Of a stretch of 64,000 nucleotides of DNA, positions 60,800 to 64,000 are shown one piece after another (the first letter of the stretch is position 1; the number at the start of each line of letters is the position of its first letter). The stretch is taken from assembly GCA_013166775.1 (NCBI GenBank), contig JABLTJ010000004.1, positions 105,834-169,833 of the forward strand, in the 5' to 3' direction. The notes below the pieces were generated by a model that ran no database searches, was not told the DNA's origin, and was given only the letters and a program-made list of their open reading frames with translations. The position numbers were made by a program, and so were the translations under genes. This DNA comes from Promethearchaeati archaeon (GTDB taxonomy: Archaea; Asgardarchaeota; Heimdallarchaeia; Heimdallarchaeales; Heimdallarchaeaceae).

Positions 60800-62518
60800 A
60801 TGACATGGTTAAAGAAAGAATACATCCTTGTTTTACTTGTATTAGCATTAATCTCGGTACTTCCAGCTAATGTTCTATATTCAAGAGTGAATGTCAGAAA
60901 CCATGTATCTGAACTGAATTACGAATTTTTTTGGAAAGATCCATCCAATCCACCTAGTTATTTACTTACACCTGATTTATGGATTAATAGATTTCTATTC
61001 GAAGTAGAATTACTAGAGTATGGACCTTACACGAGAGATATTGTAAATAGATCGGTTCATAAATATCAGTTAGGAGAGATAACAGAACATCATCCTTTTC
61101 AGAGTGAGATTGGAGAGTGGGGCTACTCATTTCATCATCTCTATGGATTAACTGATGGTTCTGGAAGATATCATGATGGGAAGTATCCAAAACCTCCAGA
61201 TACACGAGAAGAAGCTTTGGGACATATCAGAGATTATCTATTAAGTATTCTAGAAAATATATCTAGACCATGGGCTGCGTTTAATGGGCATTATCCTTAT
61301 CATCATTATGCTGCAGAATGGGGATATGATGTGATTGGGAGTGAGATAGGGGAAAATATCAATAATTATCAAATGCTTTTGGCTTTCAATCGAGGAGCAG
61401 CTAGACAATACCAAAAATCTTGGTTTATAGATGTTTCAGCATGGATGCAAGGAGGGATTACAGATTATAGTGAATTTAAACCCTGGGGAGAATCAGGAGG
61501 ACCAAATAAAGGACATTCTTTATCACTCTATCGTCGCTGTTACTACATGTCATATATGGGAGGTACAAAATCAATAGTGGCAGAAGCTGGAGGAGTAAAC
61601 TTCCTACTAGATAGTAAAGATGAAGATGATTGTTTTATTCCTTCTCCTTTAGGATATATTGGACAAGAATTCTATAATTTCTCGCGGAATTTTCCTGATC
61701 CTGGTGTACCATATACTCCATATGCAATACTATTAGATCATAACCATGGATCTTATCCAGGCTTTGGAAGAAAACTTGCATTGGATTTTTTCAAATATTC
61801 TCAAGGGGATAAGATGTCTTACAAGTGGTTGGATATCTTCTTTCCTGGGGGCTGGGAAATAAGAAGGGAGAACGATGTGTTAGTTAACAGTCAGTATGGA
61901 GATACTTGTGATATTCTTCTACAGAATGCTCCATTAGAATGTTTGAAGAGTTATCCTGTGATTATACCTTCAGGAGAGATACAATTCAGCATATCTCAAA
62001 TTGAAGATCTTTTGAGCTATACAGATGCTGGAGGTATACTAGTACTTAATCAAGCATACTTACCTCAATTTCCTGAAGATATAACTAATAGTTTAGACTC
62101 CACAAGTCTGTATGAACAGAGAGATTGGGGAGAAGGTTCTATTATCATTTATGGACCAGAATATAATCCTAAAGTGATTGGACCTACTATAATCCAAGAA
62201 CTGAACAATCTATTGCTTCCCTTCAGAATTGAAGGAGACATCCAGTTCATGATTAATAGAAAAGAAGCAAGCTGGGTACTCACACTGATGAATAATAATG
62301 GTATACGAAAACCTTTTGATGGAATTGCAAAAATTAATCGCAAAAAAGTAAGTGAGATTATTATCTATTTCAATCCTATACAAGAGATGGGAGATTCAAA
62401 TGGTGTTCTAGATACAACAATTTATTCCAATAATATTAATTTGGAGCTAGTAAGCAATAATCTTTGGAAAACAAAGATTCCTCCTGGTGAGATAATCATT
62501 ATTGAATTCAAACTCTGA
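60800..62518 (+). CDS. secreted/membrane-anchored protein, possibly glycoside-hydrolase-like
   Basis: Signal peptide; aromatic-rich domain with EIGE motifs; then a segment resembling a beta-galactosidase trimerisation domain (LKSYPVII..GE, L..Y...GG.LV). Function is a guess. Confidence 0.5.
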   Translation: MTWLKKEYILVLLVLALISVLPANVLYSRVNVRNHVSELNYEFFWKDPSNPPSYLLTPDLWINRFLFEVELLEYGPYTRDIVNRSVHKYQLGEITEHHPFQSEIGEWGYSFHHLYGLTDGSGRYHDGKYPKPPDTREEALGHIRDYLLSILENISRPWAAFNGHYPYHHYAAEWGYDVIGSEIGENINNYQMLLAFNRGAARQYQKSWFIDVSAWMQGGITDYSEFKPWGESGGPNKGHSLSLYRRCYYMSYMGGTKSIVAEAGGVNFLLDSKDEDDCFIPSPLGYIGQEFYNFSRNFPDPGVPYTPYAILLDHNHGSYPGFGRKLALDFFKYSQGDKMSYKWLDIFFPGGWEIRRENDVLVNSQYGDTCDILLQNAPLECLKSYPVIIPSGEIQFSISQIEDLLSYTDAGGILVLNQAYLPQFPEDITNSLDSTSLYEQRDWGEGSIIIYGPEYNPKVIGPTIIQELNNLLLPFRIEGDIQFMINRKEASWVLTLMNNNGIRKPFDGIAKINRKKVSEIIIYFNPIQEMGDSNGVLDTTIYSNNINLELVSNNLWKTKIPPGEIIIIEFKL

Positions 62519-62611
62519 TAACAATCAAGTTAAGTTTATAAGGGTTCTTAGGTTTTTTCTTTTAACTTTCAAATTTTAGCAGAAAGGACAGTTATTAATG
62601 AGGAGAGAATA

Positions 62612-62920
62612 TTGAGTTATAATGTAAAGATAACAGTTGTAAAACAATTTGAACCAAAGGATGTTATTGGAGAAGATTTCATTCGTGAATCAGGAAAACC
62701 AATAACCAAATGTTTCATGAAAGAAAATAAAGAATTTATTGTGGGAGATACAGGTGATATGCCAGAAGGATTCTGTCATCATGCTTGGTATGGAATTTAC
62801 AAGAGTGTTGAATTTCTAAAATATGGTGGATTAGTTAAAGATTGGACTGGTGAAAATACCCTCTATGGTGTGTGTCCAGATGGGATAAGACCAGTAATAT
62901 TCAAACTGGAAAGAATTTAG
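62612..62920 (+). CDS. TIGR04076-family protein
   Basis: VKITV, C...G/N.EF, PEGFC..AW, CPDGIRPVIFKLERI; GAGGAG upstream of the TTG start. Confidence 0.85.
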   Translation: MSYNVKITVVKQFEPKDVIGEDFIRESGKPITKCFMKENKEFIVGDTGDMPEGFCHHAWYGIYKSVEFLKYGGLVKDWTGENTLYGVCPDGIRPVIFKLERI

Positions 62921-62941
62921 TTTAAAACTGGTGTTTATTTT

Positions 62942-63739
62942 ATGGATGAGAATCTAAAACTTCAGAGGATAAAACTAATCGAAGATAATGTTGCTGCAAT
63001 GTTAACAATCTGGAAAGATTTAGATAACTCTGAATTTGTTAATGATTCAACGAAAGTACAAATTGTTACAGGATTGCCTTTTGCTTTCATGAATTCAGTT
63101 ACTAATGTAAATTTCTTAGATAACGATACAGATCAACAATTAGATGAAATAATAGCACTGTTTGAAAATAGAAAAGTTCCAGTACTATGGTGGATTGGCC
63201 CAAACTCGACACCCAAGAATTTAGATACATTTCTTGAAAAACGAGAATTCAGGAAAGTAGATGAACCACCAGGTATGTACATGGATTTGAATAATTTGGA
63301 CTTATCCTCTCTCAACAGTTCTAACCTTAGGATTGAGTTAGTCAAAAACCTCAAACAAATAGAAGATTGGGTAAATGTATTCAGTGCAGGAATGGGAACA
63401 CCAGAGAATCGTAGAGAACATCTACTGAAATCACAAACAATTCTGAAAGAGAAAGAAGACTATATTGGTTTCATCGGTTATAGCAATGATGAACCAGTCA
63501 CTATTTCAGCTTTAATTCTTGATGACAATGTTGCAGGTGTATATTTTGTAATTACAAAAACTGAACAAAGAGGTAAAGGATTTGGTACATTAATAACATT
63601 AGCAGCTTTAAAGGAAGCTCGTGATCAGGGATATCATCAAGCTATTTTACAAAGTTCAGCAATGGGGTATAACATCTACAAGAGAATAGGATTTGAAGAA
63701 TATTGTAAATTCAAATGGTACTATAAAAAATTTGATTGA
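62942..63739 (+). CDS. GNAT family N-acetyltransferase
   Basis: AGVYFVIT..EQRGKGFG, LQSSAMGYNIYKRIGF. Confidence 0.92.
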   Translation: MDENLKLQRIKLIEDNVAAMLTIWKDLDNSEFVNDSTKVQIVTGLPFAFMNSVTNVNFLDNDTDQQLDEIIALFENRKVPVLWWIGPNSTPKNLDTFLEKREFRKVDEPPGMYMDLNNLDLSSLNSSNLRIELVKNLKQIEDWVNVFSAGMGTPENRREHLLKSQTILKEKEDYIGFIGYSNDEPVTISALILDDNVAGVYFVITKTEQRGKGFGTLITLAALKEARDQGYHQAILQSSAMGYNIYKRIGFEEYCKFKWYYKKFD

Positions 63740-63788
63740 AAATATTCATCAGTTAAATTTTTATTTTGTTATTTATATTAATATTAAA

Positions 63789-64000
63789 ATGGTAAATTTC
63801 AATCCAAACAAGCTGAGCGTGAAGTATCTTCATTCAGAGAATCTTGATATTCTTTCCAGAAAATATACACTTACACACTCAGATTTTACTGGAGAACTTT
63901 TTCTATCCATCGATAAAGATTATGATTATCAGAAACTGAAAAATTCTATGTACGTTTAATGAGAGACGAGGTTCTTGCTGAATGGAAAAGAAATAATGAA
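63789..64000 (+). pseudogene. Staygreen (SGR) family protein, frameshifted; runs off the window end
   Basis: FNPNKLSV and RKYTLTHSDFTGELFLSI, then RLMRDEVLAEWK continues in another frame after ~63945. Confidence 0.8.

Noticed and set aside
63936-63950. Programmed -1 frameshift in the Staygreen gene
   Set aside because: CTG AAA AAT is not a canonical X XXY YYZ heptamer in frame; a simple indel is more likely.

Overview
AT-rich archaeal DNA, almost certainly from an Asgard archaeon (Heimdallarchaeia-like; inferred from Alba and topoisomerase VI together with Rab-like and Rag-like GTPases and tubulin/FtsZ-superfamily genes). The left ~39 kb is dense, intact and core-like: a CPBP protease/Rab-like GTPase/HEAT-repeat operon, Alba, a highly unusual topoisomerase VI operon, a CD36-like receptor, a divergent pair of tubulin/FtsZ-like genes around a membrane protein, and metabolic genes. 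The right ~25 kb looks accessory: hydrolases, an ABC exporter pair, GNATs, several pseudogenes and duplicated gene 3' ends. The best candidates for undescribed systems are four. (1) A 4170-aa Top6B carries ~3500 aa of tandem HhH-like repeats and a PIP-box-like tail, and its partner Top6A has an N-terminal ubiquitin-like domain. (2) A 1451-aa single-pass receptor has a cytoplasmic domain resembling the folliculin/SMCR8 longin GAP domain, including the ARG arginine-finger motif, and is encoded directly upstream of a Rag-like GTPase. (3) An archaeal CD36/LIMP-2-like protein has an inserted LVIVD propeller. (4) An intact and a degenerate tubulin/FtsZ paralog share a divergent intergenic region. 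No rRNA, tRNA, CRISPR array or transposase was recognised. All domain calls are from motif recognition by eye; no searches were run.
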